A DNA stretch of 64,000 bases from positions 19,635-83,634 of the forward strand of contig JAAVFG010000008.1 of NCBI GenBank assembly GCA_014800895.1, given 5' to 3'. The notes under the pieces are model-generated. The model was not told the origin of the DNA and did no database searches. It was given only the letters and a program-made list of their open reading frames with translations. This document shows, piece by piece, positions 30,707 to 39,790 of this stretch (position 1 is the stretch's first letter; each line of letters opens with the position of its first letter). The DNA is from Bacteroidales bacterium (GTDB lineage Bacteria > Bacteroidota > Bacteroidia > Bacteroidales > Muribaculaceae). The position numbers were made by a program, and so were the translations under genes.

Positions 30707-30867
30707 ATCGGGTCAATGTGAGATCCTGACAGGACGGCTTTGTAATATGGAGTACAAAATTATTAAATATTCCCCAATTTTCATTCTTTTTAGTATAAAA
30801 TTTATAGGCAGACATCATTTGCCAATGAAATTTGGAAATATGGAAGTGAGTGATTAAATTTGCGTAT

Positions 30868-31410
30868 ATGAAATCAATAGTGACAGCAGAATTGAGGGAG
30901 CATCTGCATCGGCGGTTTGCCGACTTCATCCGGTCGAGAAAGATGCGTCTGACTCCCGAGCGCATGGCTATTTTAGACAAGGCGCTTGACCTGCATGTGC
31001 ATTTTGAAATTGATGAATTATACAAGGCTATAGAGTCGGAATATAGGGTGTGCCGCTCCACTGTCTATAATACGGTTGAGCTTCTCTGCGAATGTAATAT
31101 CTTTCATAAACATTTCCTGCATGAGAATCAGGCGGCTTACGAATTATATGACGACCGGCATTTTCATCTCATATGTCTGAATTGCGGCAGCGTGAAGGAG
31201 GTGAGGGATGAGAATTACAGCGCGCTGTTCGACAAGTTGAAATTCCCGCGGTTCAAAGCCTCTTTTGTTTCCACTAACGTCTATGGAGTGTGTGCCCGGT
31301 GTGCCAGAAAAATGCGGAAGACGAATAATGAAGAGGAGAGAGGGGAGATAAAGGGGAGCGGGGAGCAGTTAACGGGGAGAGACTCAGAAAAAAAACATCA
31401 GATACCTTAA
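30868..31410 (+). CDS. Fur-family transcriptional regulator
   Basis: RLTPERMAIL, STVYNTVELL, HFHLIC..CG, VYGVCARC. ATG at 30868 follows TAAATTTG. Confidence 0.85.
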   Translation: MKSIVTAELREHLHRRFADFIRSRKMRLTPERMAILDKALDLHVHFEIDELYKAIESEYRVCRSTVYNTVELLCECNIFHKHFLHENQAAYELYDDRHFHLICLNCGSVKEVRDENYSALFDKLKFPRFKASFVSTNVYGVCARCARKMRKTNNEEERGEIKGSGEQLTGRDSEKKHQIP

Positions 31411-31423
31411 AATCAGAAAAACC

Positions 31424-32668
31424 ATGGCAAAAGTTAAACCGTTCAAGGGGGTGCGTCCGCCCCGTCATCTTGTGGAGGAGGTAGCCTCCCGCCCCTACGA
31501 TGTCCTGAATTCCGAGGAGGCGAGAAGAGAAGCAGAGGGAAACGATAAAAGCCTGTATCACATCATCAAGCCGGAGATAGATTTCCCGGCTGGATTTGAC
31601 GAGCATGATCCGGCAGTCTACGATAAGGCGGTGGAGAATTTCAAACGCTTTCAGGAAGAGGGATGGCTTCTGCAGGATGATGAAGAAAATTATTACCTCT
31701 ATGCCCAGACGATGGATGGCAGGACCCAATACGGTTTTGTGGTAGCGGCGTGGGTGCCCGACTATATGGAGGGGAGAATAAAGAAGCATGAGCTGACGCG
31801 CCGTGATAAGGAGGAGGACCGCATGAAGCATGTGAGATGCAATAACGCCAACATCGAGCCGGTATTCTTCGCTTTCCCCGATAATGAGGAGCTTGAGAGA
31901 ATTATAAGGGAGGTTTCCTCCTCAGAGCCTGAATATGATTTCATTGCTCCCGATGGTTTCGGACATACACTCTGGGTAATTAAAGATCCTGCGTTAATCG
32001 CGCGTGTCACAGAGGAATTTGACAAGATACCTCATCTCTATATAGCCGATGGTCATCATCGTTCTGCGGCGGCTGCCCTTGTGGGAGCCGAGAAGGCGAA
32101 GGGAAACAGTAATCATAGGGGAGACGAGGAATATAATTACTTCATGGCAGTGGCATTCCCGGCTTCTCATCTGCATATCATAGACTATAACCGTGTGGTA
32201 AGAGACCTTAACGGGATGATCCCACAGGAATTTCTTGATAAGTTGAAGGAGAATTTTGTGGTTGAGGAGAAAGGAGAGGATATATATACTCCCGCCTCCC
32301 TGCATAATTTCTCCCTATATATGGACGGGAAGTGGTATTCACTTACTGCTAAAGAGGGCACCTATGATGATTCAGATCCTATAGGAGTTCTGGATGTTAC
32401 GGTATCCTCCGATCTGATTTTGCGCGATCTGCTCGGTATCCACGACCTCAGGGGGGACAAGCGAATAGATTTCGTAGGAGGTATACGAGGACTCGGAGAA
32501 TTGAAGAGACGTGTGGACAGCGGGGAGATGGCGATGGCTCTTGCTCTCTATCCCGTCACAATGGACCAGCTGATGGCAATAGCCGACTCCGGAAATATCA
32601 TGCCTCCCAAGACAACATGGTTCGAGCCGAAGTTGCGCTCGGGACTGGTAATACATAAACTTGACTGA
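31424..32668 (+). CDS. DUF1015-family protein
   Basis: SRPYDV, IKKHELT, YIADGHHRSAAA, MPPKTTWFEPKLRSGL. Confidence 0.9.
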   Translation: MAKVKPFKGVRPPRHLVEEVASRPYDVLNSEEARREAEGNDKSLYHIIKPEIDFPAGFDEHDPAVYDKAVENFKRFQEEGWLLQDDEENYYLYAQTMDGRTQYGFVVAAWVPDYMEGRIKKHELTRRDKEEDRMKHVRCNNANIEPVFFAFPDNEELERIIREVSSSEPEYDFIAPDGFGHTLWVIKDPALIARVTEEFDKIPHLYIADGHHRSAAAALVGAEKAKGNSNHRGDEEYNYFMAVAFPASHLHIIDYNRVVRDLNGMIPQEFLDKLKENFVVEEKGEDIYTPASLHNFSLYMDGKWYSLTAKEGTYDDSDPIGVLDVTVSSDLILRDLLGIHDLRGDKRIDFVGGIRGLGELKRRVDSGEMAMALALYPVTMDQLMAIADSGNIMPPKTTWFEPKLRSGLVIHKLD

Positions 32669-32675
32669 GAATTTA

Positions 32676-33839
32676 ATGATAAAGAACTTTAGAAAGCTAT
32701 TTCTACCGGCAATAGCTGTGATAGCCGGTCACTTCGCCGATGTGCAAGCCTGCACATCGGCGATTATCAGTGCGGAATTGAATCCTGCGGGACGCCCTAT
32801 TTTATGGAAGCACCGCGATACGAGCGCCACTGACAATAAAGTTGAATACATTGCCCCTACAGATTCCACGCTCGGATATGTGGCTCTATTCAATGCCGAT
32901 GATAAGCAACTGCGTGAGGCATGGATGGGAATGAACGAAGCCGGGTTTGCGGTGATGAATACGGCTTCATACAATCTTAAGGATGATAAAGTGAAGCAGA
33001 AGGATATGGACAAGGAGGGATTGGTAATGACCGAAGCTCTCAAACGCTGCCGCACCGTCGGAGACTTTGCTCATCTTCTGGATTCTCTTCCTCGTCCGAT
33101 GGGAGTGGAGGCAAATTTCGGAGTGATCGATGCATATGGAGATGGCGCTTTCTTTGAGACCAATAATCATTCCTATATCCGTTTCAATCTAAAAGACGCC
33201 AAAGATGGAATGTTAGTGCGCACCAATTACAGCCATGCGGGACGTCCCAATGAAGGGTACGGATTTGTAAGGGAGGCTAATGCCGAGTGTCTGCTTGATC
33301 CATACGCGGAGAGAAAGGAGGTCACTCCCGAACTGCTGACTGAGACTCTAAGCCGCACTTTCTATCACGATGGCAAGAAGGAGGACTTCACATTGTCGGA
33401 AAATAAGGCTCTATATGACCAGGATTTTATCCCACGTTATAAATCGACGGCAACAATAGCAATCGAAGGTTGTCAGCCAATCCCTAAGGATTCGGTTGCA
33501 GACCCGGATGTAATGAAGGAGCAGTTCATTATGTGGACCGGTTTGGGTTATCCTCCTGTTTCCCGTATCCGTGCAGTGAGATGCTCGGAAGAGGGTGTCG
33601 ACCCGGACTTGAGAGGTTCGCTGCCCAACGGACATTCACGTCTCGGAGATGAGGCGGTCAGAAAGAGAGATGAGATCTTCAAATTGAAAGGGAAGAAACC
33701 ATTTATCGATATGACCAAGCTATATAATAACAGCGGCTCGGGCTATGCCCAGCAGGCTATAAAGGAGAACCATCTTACTTATCAGCGTGAAAGCGAAAAG
33801 CGTGACGAGTTGCTTCATGTCGCCGCCTCAGAGCAATGA
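32676..33839 (+). CDS. Secreted Ntn-hydrolase (peptidase C45 / acyltransferase-like)
   Basis: Signal peptide followed by a candidate nucleophile Cys (A-CTSAII), W(K)HRD, GMNEAGFAVMNT, ANFGVIDA, RTNYS. Confidence 0.75.
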   Translation: MIKNFRKLFLPAIAVIAGHFADVQACTSAIISAELNPAGRPILWKHRDTSATDNKVEYIAPTDSTLGYVALFNADDKQLREAWMGMNEAGFAVMNTASYNLKDDKVKQKDMDKEGLVMTEALKRCRTVGDFAHLLDSLPRPMGVEANFGVIDAYGDGAFFETNNHSYIRFNLKDAKDGMLVRTNYSHAGRPNEGYGFVREANAECLLDPYAERKEVTPELLTETLSRTFYHDGKKEDFTLSENKALYDQDFIPRYKSTATIAIEGCQPIPKDSVADPDVMKEQFIMWTGLGYPPVSRIRAVRCSEEGVDPDLRGSLPNGHSRLGDEAVRKRDEIFKLKGKKPFIDMTKLYNNSGSGYAQQAIKENHLTYQRESEKRDELLHVAASEQ

Positions 33840-34474
33840 TAGAAACAAGTATTTACAAAATAGAAAGAGGAGAATTCGGACGTCTGCTTTTTGCAATGTA
33901 TGGCGGACGATGGATTGCCGTTATTGCTGTGTCAGTGTTTCTATGCCTGATAGCCGGAATGGTATTCGACTGGAGATTCCTCTTTTTGGCGTTGATAATA
34001 ATTGCTCTTATCGCCCCGCCGATTGTCATGATTCTCTATTTCAATTATGGAATGAAAGGGGAGAATTATCTGAATATATTGGATCATAAACTTTCTATTT
34101 CAGATTCTTCTCTGAAAGTCACGCTCTATCCTTATGTTAAAGAGGAGGATAGAGGAGATGGGATAGGGAAGGAGATAGAAGATAAGAGCGAGGATGAGAG
34201 ATTGAGGGGGGAGAAAGGGAGCGGATATGATGGTGAAGCGGAAGGCGATGCGATTCCAAGGCCAAGAGAGTATGAGTACTCTTTTGCTGATTTCGGGGGA
34301 TATCTGACCGGGAAGGGGAGTGTGATTTTTCCTTTCCTTCCGCCGAATGTCGGCTTTTTGGTCATACCGGAGAGATCCTTTGCCAATCATGATGATTTTA
34401 TTGAAGCGATAAGACTGATCTCCGGAGGAGCTCATTATTTCGGCAGAGCCGAAGCGGGAACAGCTTCGCGCTGA
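33836..34474 (+). CDS. Hypothetical membrane protein (two N-terminal TM helices, YcxB-like)
   Basis: Hydrophobic pair at the N-terminus, 4-nt overlap with the upstream gene. The last 14 codons come from the first unit of the 61-bp repeat. Confidence 0.6.
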   Translation: MIETSIYKIERGEFGRLLFAMYGGRWIAVIAVSVFLCLIAGMVFDWRFLFLALIIIALIAPPIVMILYFNYGMKGENYLNILDHKLSISDSSLKVTLYPYVKEEDRGDGIGKEIEDKSEDERLRGEKGSGYDGEAEGDAIPRPREYEYSFADFGGYLTGKGSVIFPFLPPNVGFLVIPERSFANHDDFIEAIRLISGGAHYFGRAEAGTASR

Positions 34475-34667
34475 CGAGGGAGGAGAGGAGACTCATTATT
34501 TCGGCAGAGCCGAAGCGGGAACAGCTTCGCGCTGACGAGGGAGGAGAGGAGACTCATTATTTCGGCAGCCGAAGCGGGGACAGCTTCGCGCTGACGAGGG
34601 AGGAGAGGAGACTCATTATTTCGGCAGAGCCGAAGCGGGGATAGCTTCGCGCTGACGAGGGAGGAGG
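34431..34667. repeat. Tandem array of ~4 x 61-bp palindrome-rich units
   Basis: Unit CTCATTATTTCGGCAGAGCCGAAGCGGGAACAGCTTCGCGCTGACGAGGGAGGAGAGGAGA at 34431, 34492, 34553 (2-nt deletion) and 34612. Confidence 0.92.
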
Positions 34668-34697
34668 GGGAAAATATGGGCAAGAGGAAAAAGAGAT

Positions 34698-35117
34698 ATG
34701 AAGATATTAAAAGATAAGCGGAAGAGATATAGCTTCATAATGGATATGGAGGTGCGAGACTATGAGCTGGATGCCGAGCAGATAGTCAATAATGCCAATT
34801 ATCTCCATTATATGGAACATACTCGTCATGGATTCTGCAAGGCGGCAGGTGTCTCCTTTATCGAGATGCACAAGACAGGACTGGATGCCGTTGTTAAGAA
34901 GGTAGAGATAGAATATCATACCTCTCTACGCGGTGACGACTCATTTATCTGCGGATTGCGGCTTGAGAGAAAGGGTCCTCGATTTATATTCTATCAGGAT
35001 ATAATACGCAGTGACGGAGAATTATGTGCGGAAGGTGTAGTGACAATAGTAATCTTGAAGGATGGCAAATTATCGCGCGGTGATGAAGTTGCAGCCCTTT
35101 TCAGCAAATATCTCTGA
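34698..35117 (+). CDS. Acyl-CoA thioesterase (4HBT/YbgC hot-dog fold)
   Basis: VRDYELDAEQIVNNANYLHYMEHTRH. Confidence 0.88.
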   Translation: MKILKDKRKRYSFIMDMEVRDYELDAEQIVNNANYLHYMEHTRHGFCKAAGVSFIEMHKTGLDAVVKKVEIEYHTSLRGDDSFICGLRLERKGPRFIFYQDIIRSDGELCAEGVVTIVILKDGKLSRGDEVAALFSKYL

Positions 35118-36238
35118 TGACGGAGAGAGAATCCATCATATATAAGATGGGGTTATCCTTTACACCCGGTATGACCACAGCGGTGGCACGCCGGATAGCA
35201 GAGTGTGACCTTGACTTGGAGCGCTTCTTCACTATTGATACAGTGGAACTTCGTAATCTGTTGGGTTTTTCATGCAACGTCCGTCTTGATAAAGTGCAGA
35301 GGGAGGAGGCGCTCTTCCGGGCGCAAAAGGAGATGGATTTTATCGAGCGGCATAATATCAGAGTCTATTACCTGGGGGATGATGACTATCCGATGTTGCT
35401 CCGTGAGACACCGGATGCTCCGGTAGTGCTATATCAATTAGGAGATACCGCACTGGATGCGCCACATGTGATGAATATAGTCGGCACGCGACGCAACACG
35501 GCAAATGCCGTCTCCTTTTGCGATACATTTATAAGTGATCTCGCGGAGTATTTCCCTGATACCCTGTTGGTCTCAGGACTTGCCTTCGGAATAGATACCT
35601 TAGCACATAAAGGGGCATTAGAGAATAATCTTAAGACCGTTGCCGTCGTGGCACACGGTCTTGATACGATTTACCCTGCCGCCAACAGAGAACTGGCAAG
35701 AAAAATCATCAAGGCGGGAGGCTCGATACTGTCGGAGTATCCTTCGGGCACACCGGCATATAGGAAGCACTTCCTGGAGAGAAACCGCATAGTGGCGGGT
35801 CTTTCAGAATTGACTTTGGTGGTGGAGTCTCCGATTAAGGGAGGAGCTATGAGCACGGCAAATACGGCATTTTCATATTCCCGCGAGGTCGGTGCTGTTC
35901 CGGGAAGAGTATCGGATGAAATGAGCCGGGGATGCAATCATCTCATTCGCACTCATAAGGCGAGTCTTGTCAGTAATATGGCAGACGTGATAGAACTGAT
36001 GGGTTGGCGACCGGCTGGCGTAAAAGTAGTGGCGAAGCAACGTAATCTCTTTCCGGAATTATCGGGCGAGCCAAAGGAGATATATGACGTATTGAAACAC
36101 TCAACCGACCCCTTGACAGTAGATCAATTATTTCAGCAGACCCATATCCATATTCCTCTTCTTATATCCACATTAACCGAGATGGAGTTTGACGGTATCG
36201 TCATTCGCCATCCCGGTAACAGATATTCGATTGCATAA
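35117..36238 (+). CDS. dprA: DNA-processing protein DprA
   Basis: DYPMLL, IVGTRR, VSGLAFGID..AH, VVAHGLD.IYP, ERNRIVAGLS, GGAMSTA, C-terminal winged helix. Confidence 0.95.
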   Translation: MTERESIIYKMGLSFTPGMTTAVARRIAECDLDLERFFTIDTVELRNLLGFSCNVRLDKVQREEALFRAQKEMDFIERHNIRVYYLGDDDYPMLLRETPDAPVVLYQLGDTALDAPHVMNIVGTRRNTANAVSFCDTFISDLAEYFPDTLLVSGLAFGIDTLAHKGALENNLKTVAVVAHGLDTIYPAANRELARKIIKAGGSILSEYPSGTPAYRKHFLERNRIVAGLSELTLVVESPIKGGAMSTANTAFSYSREVGAVPGRVSDEMSRGCNHLIRTHKASLVSNMADVIELMGWRPAGVKVVAKQRNLFPELSGEPKEIYDVLKHSTDPLTVDQLFQQTHIHIPLLISTLTEMEFDGIVIRHPGNRYSIA

Positions 36239-36287
36239 TATTTTGCGGGGAGGTACAAGTGGGCACGCCCGCTTACATGGGGGATAT

Positions 36288-37166
36288 TCAGAAACGTTCG
36301 AGAACGGTTTCAATAAGTTCCTTTACCTTCGGCTTGTAGTCAGTGTTGGCGTTATTTGCTCTTCTCTCGGCGATAATGCAGCAAACAGTCATGGCTTTAT
36401 GACCGAGGAGACGAGCCATCCCTTGCAGACAGCCGGACTCCATCTCGAAGTTTGTGACCGGACGCCCTTTATACCTGAAATTCTCTATCTTCTCATTCAG
36501 CTGGGGGTCAGCCAATTTCAAACGCACTTCACGACCTTGCGGCGCATAAAAGCCTACGGCAGAGATAGTATATCCGCGTGTCATGTCATCCCTGCCTATA
36601 CGCTCAGTCAATTCAGGATCGGCATCTACTGTATATGGGGCAGCCCAGGAGGCATCCCAGTCGGTAAATATGCAGAACTCCTTCTCAAATTCAAGGTCAC
36701 AGACGGCATCTCTCCCGGCGTAGAAATTCAGAATACCGTCAGTTCCCGTGCCTTTCTCAGCTATCACGAAATCTCCGATATGAAGGTCATCCTGCAGGGA
36801 GCCCGAAGTTCCGACTCTCACTATCTCCAGAGTGCGATGTTCCGGTTTGACGGTGCGCGTCTTGAAGTCGACATTGGCGAGGGCATCAAGCTCGGTCATT
36901 ACAATCTCGATATTATCCGAGCCGATACCATGCGAAATCACCATCAGAGGCTTTCCGTTATACGTTCCGCCGATAGCATGAAATTCCCGGGAGGATACAT
37001 CATAGTCTATGGTATCAAAATATGATGCCACCATATCCACACGACCGGGATCGCCGACAAATATGATCTTATCGCGCAGTTGATCCGGAGTGAGATGGAT
37101 ATGGAAAGCAGATCCATCCTCATTTATAATCAATTCGGAAGGTGGGATAATTCTGTTCTGGCTCAT
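36288..37166 (-). CDS. Nucleoside phosphorylase (uridine phosphorylase-like, PNP_UDP_1)
   Basis: VGDPGRV, SSREF, SHGIGSDN, RVGTSGSLQ, GFYAPQGR, NFEMES. Confidence 0.88.
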   Translation of the reverse strand: MSQNRIIPPSELIINEDGSAFHIHLTPDQLRDKIIFVGDPGRVDMVASYFDTIDYDVSSREFHAIGGTYNGKPLMVISHGIGSDNIEIVMTELDALANVDFKTRTVKPEHRTLEIVRVGTSGSLQDDLHIGDFVIAEKGTGTDGILNFYAGRDAVCDLEFEKEFCIFTDWDASWAAPYTVDADPELTERIGRDDMTRGYTISAVGFYAPQGREVRLKLADPQLNEKIENFRYKGRPVTNFEMESGCLQGMARLLGHKAMTVCCIIAERRANNANTDYKPKVKELIETVLERF

Positions 37167-37261
37167 AGCAAATAGATTTTAAAGGTTATATTAGATTTTG
37201 AAGGTTTTAATATGCAAATATAACAATTTTCGTTTTATTTCCTACTTGAGATAGGATAATA

Positions 37262-37298
37262 AAATCGGCCGCCACCCTTCACAGAGTGACAGCCGATT
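37262..37298. terminator. Hairpin downstream of the LRR gene (CCTTCACAG loop)
   Basis: AATCGGCCGCCAC-CCTTCACAGA-GTGACAGCCGATT. Confidence 0.55.
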
Positions 37299-37332
37299 CA
37301 AATTGAAGCTCTATTTATTCAAGTAAGTGTTC

Positions 37333-37356
37333 AAATTTTAGTGGATGGGGTGTAAA
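37333..37356. repeat. Degenerate copy of the junction-motif family
   Basis: AAATTTTAGTGGATGG is identical over 16 bp to 15943-15958, then diverges (GGTGTAAA vs AGCCTAAA). Confidence 0.65.
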
Positions 37357-37413
37357 TACAATGAGGTCCGGACTGACGGATGCACCTTGGGTACGTCCCT
37401 ACATAGACACGGA

Positions 37414-39549
37414 TTATAAGATCACTTTCTTATTTTTTCCGTTCTCAACCTTTATATAGACACCGGAGGAGGGATTTGTCACCTCCACGCCCTGAAGATT
37501 GTAGAAACGGGGAGCGGAAGATGAATTTTCCTCAGTCTCGATGGTCTCTATTCCTGACTGATTCCAGCAAGAGGAGGGATAAAGAGTTTCAAAGGGGTAT
37601 CCGTCGACCGAATATGCCACAATTACATGGGATGACGAGTCTTGAAGAAATACAGTCGCCACTCCGTTAGCATCCGGCAAAACCTCCCGCTCAGCTGAGT
37701 CAAAAGCGTGGAAATTACTTATCTTCGGGTAGCCGTTTCCTGTCTTCGGAGTGATGCTGACCTCCAATTTTGTGGCAGATACTTTATGGAAGGATACATC
37801 AAACATCTCCCTGACCGTATTGCCCGCCTCATTAGCCAGGTAATAGTTTTCTTTTGTCATGCCCGGCACATAATATGTAGCGCCGGGTAAAACATAGGAA
37901 GCTGCCGCATATTCATTCGGGTCAGCTATCTGAAAAGCGTCGCACATTATGACGGGTTTGACATTTGCTCCGTTAGACCCTTCGAACAGGTTGCCTATGT
38001 TGAATACGTTCCAGTTATCCGTCCATCTGTAACAGCGGGTCAGCATGCCGTAGATCACAGGACGAGCCGTGGTGGAGAAGATGGGAGAATAGATGAACTC
38101 CGCGAAATCCGAACCATATGTTCTGCCTATGGCGATTGTATCGATGGCACAGTTGTAGCCGAAAGCGGGAGCTTTGGATGTAGCTCCATTAATCCCCCAG
38201 AAAGAGATGTTAGACCCTAAGTTGACTTTTTTAAGGTTGATGCAACCGTCAGTAAAATAAGCACCGACAATCATTCCCGGGCTCAAGTCCGAAGGTATAA
38301 TATTGGAGAAATCCAGTTCCTTTAGTTTTTTACAATTCTGGAACATTGACTTTCCGGCGTGGAAGAATGCCATTTTCGAACGTTGATATTCGATCTTTTC
38401 AAAGCCGCAGTTATAGAAGATAGAATCCGCGCTCATCCTTGTCTGGGCATTGAAGGGGAAAGTGGTCAGGGAGGTGCAACTCTTGAAAGCCCCTTCACGA
38501 AGTTCTTTCAGAACACTTGCGGTAGTGACTTTAATAAGATTCGGGCAATTAGCGGCAAAGTGAGCTTCAAGCGTGGCATCCGGATGTGTGATAGCGATAC
38601 CCTTTAATTCTTTGCATGATGTAAGAAGCTCTTTTCCCCAATTTATGATTTTTGAAGGGAATTTAATAGATGTGATACCGGAACGTGAGAAGGCTCTGTC
38701 GCCAAAAGACACCACACTCTCCGGAATCTTCACTGAGGAGATATTCTTACAGTTGTAGAAGGCGTAAGGATTTATTTCCAATACACCATCCGGAACGACA
38801 GCCTTTGTTATCGACCCCTTTGGAGCGGAAGCCACAACGACAGGACCCTTATAGAGAGTGCCGTAATAGTAGTTTGTCTCCTCTTCAATCAGCATACCCT
38901 CATTCAAAGAAAGGACAGCCTTCCCTTCGCCCCTTGTCAGTTCGATAGTAGCCAGTTGGGACATTCTGTTGATTCCTCCGTTTTCATGAATCCGGACATC
39001 ATCATGTATCACCAAGTGAGTGATAGTGGCATTACCGGCAAATGCGTCACCACTGATAAAATTACAGCCTTTGGGAACGGCATATTTTCCTGTGACATTT
39101 AGCTGCGCAGGCACTTTTGTGAGATACTCACCTCCTTTGATAAAAAGAATACCGGCAGGGGAGGTCTGGAAGGATTTAGATCCTTCCGCGACATGAAACG
39201 CCGTGAGCTTTGGGCAGTTATTAAAATTATTCAGATAGGCGGTGAAAACATTTAAATCATCAAGTGTGCCTATCTCTTCATAACATGCCGGGATAGTGAT
39301 ATCGGTCACTTCAGTGAGATTATTCAGAGCGGTGTCAGCCACACGGACGACTGTGTATTCCGTGCCATCCTCAGCCTTGTAGATTGAAGGGAGGGTCAGC
39401 TTGCCGGATGCAGGCTGGCTTCCGCTCCAGCTGATCATACGGCAAGTCTTTTTCTCGTCATTCAACATATCATATTGGTAGACGATCGCATTGCTTTCAG
39501 CCGCGATTCCCAATACAGACAGCAATAATAGGGATTTAGGTAAATTCAT
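37414..39549 (-). CDS. BspA-type leucine-rich-repeat surface protein with T9SS-like C-terminal domain
   Basis: Signal peptide, LRR_5 repeats (INPYAFYNCKNISSVKIPESV), tail FYNLQGVEVTNPSSGVYIKVENGKNKKVIL. Confidence 0.85.
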   Translation of the reverse strand: MNLPKSLLLLSVLGIAAESNAIVYQYDMLNDEKKTCRMISWSGSQPASGKLTLPSIYKAEDGTEYTVVRVADTALNNLTEVTDITIPACYEEIGTLDDLNVFTAYLNNFNNCPKLTAFHVAEGSKSFQTSPAGILFIKGGEYLTKVPAQLNVTGKYAVPKGCNFISGDAFAGNATITHLVIHDDVRIHENGGINRMSQLATIELTRGEGKAVLSLNEGMLIEEETNYYYGTLYKGPVVVASAPKGSITKAVVPDGVLEINPYAFYNCKNISSVKIPESVVSFGDRAFSRSGITSIKFPSKIINWGKELLTSCKELKGIAITHPDATLEAHFAANCPNLIKVTTASVLKELREGAFKSCTSLTTFPFNAQTRMSADSIFYNCGFEKIEYQRSKMAFFHAGKSMFQNCKKLKELDFSNIIPSDLSPGMIVGAYFTDGCINLKKVNLGSNISFWGINGATSKAPAFGYNCAIDTIAIGRTYGSDFAEFIYSPIFSTTARPVIYGMLTRCYRWTDNWNVFNIGNLFEGSNGANVKPVIMCDAFQIADPNEYAAASYVLPGATYYVPGMTKENYYLANEAGNTVREMFDVSFHKVSATKLEVSITPKTGNGYPKISNFHAFDSAEREVLPDANGVATVFLQDSSSHVIVAYSVDGYPFETLYPSSCWNQSGIETIETEENSSSAPRFYNLQGVEVTNPSSGVYIKVENGKNKKVIL

Positions 39550-39790
39550 AAATAGTTAAGTGTTTGAAAAAGCTCTACAAAAGTAAGGAAAATCTTCCGC
39601 TTGATGCAGACGCTGGAGAAGAGCACGCCAGTTATAGACCCCTTTTAAACCGTTAATCAACTGATGTGATAGTTGTGAGGTGAATCATTATCCAAATATA
39701 TCGGTCTATTTAAGGTCTATTTGATGGTATATCGGCTTGTGGTGTGGCTGATATATTGCGGATTACAGAGAGACTACTTAATTTTACGTC

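Noticed and set aside
34431-34667. CRISPR array
   Set aside because: The units are contiguous with no unique spacers, 61 bp is too long for a typical repeat, and no cas genes are in the window.
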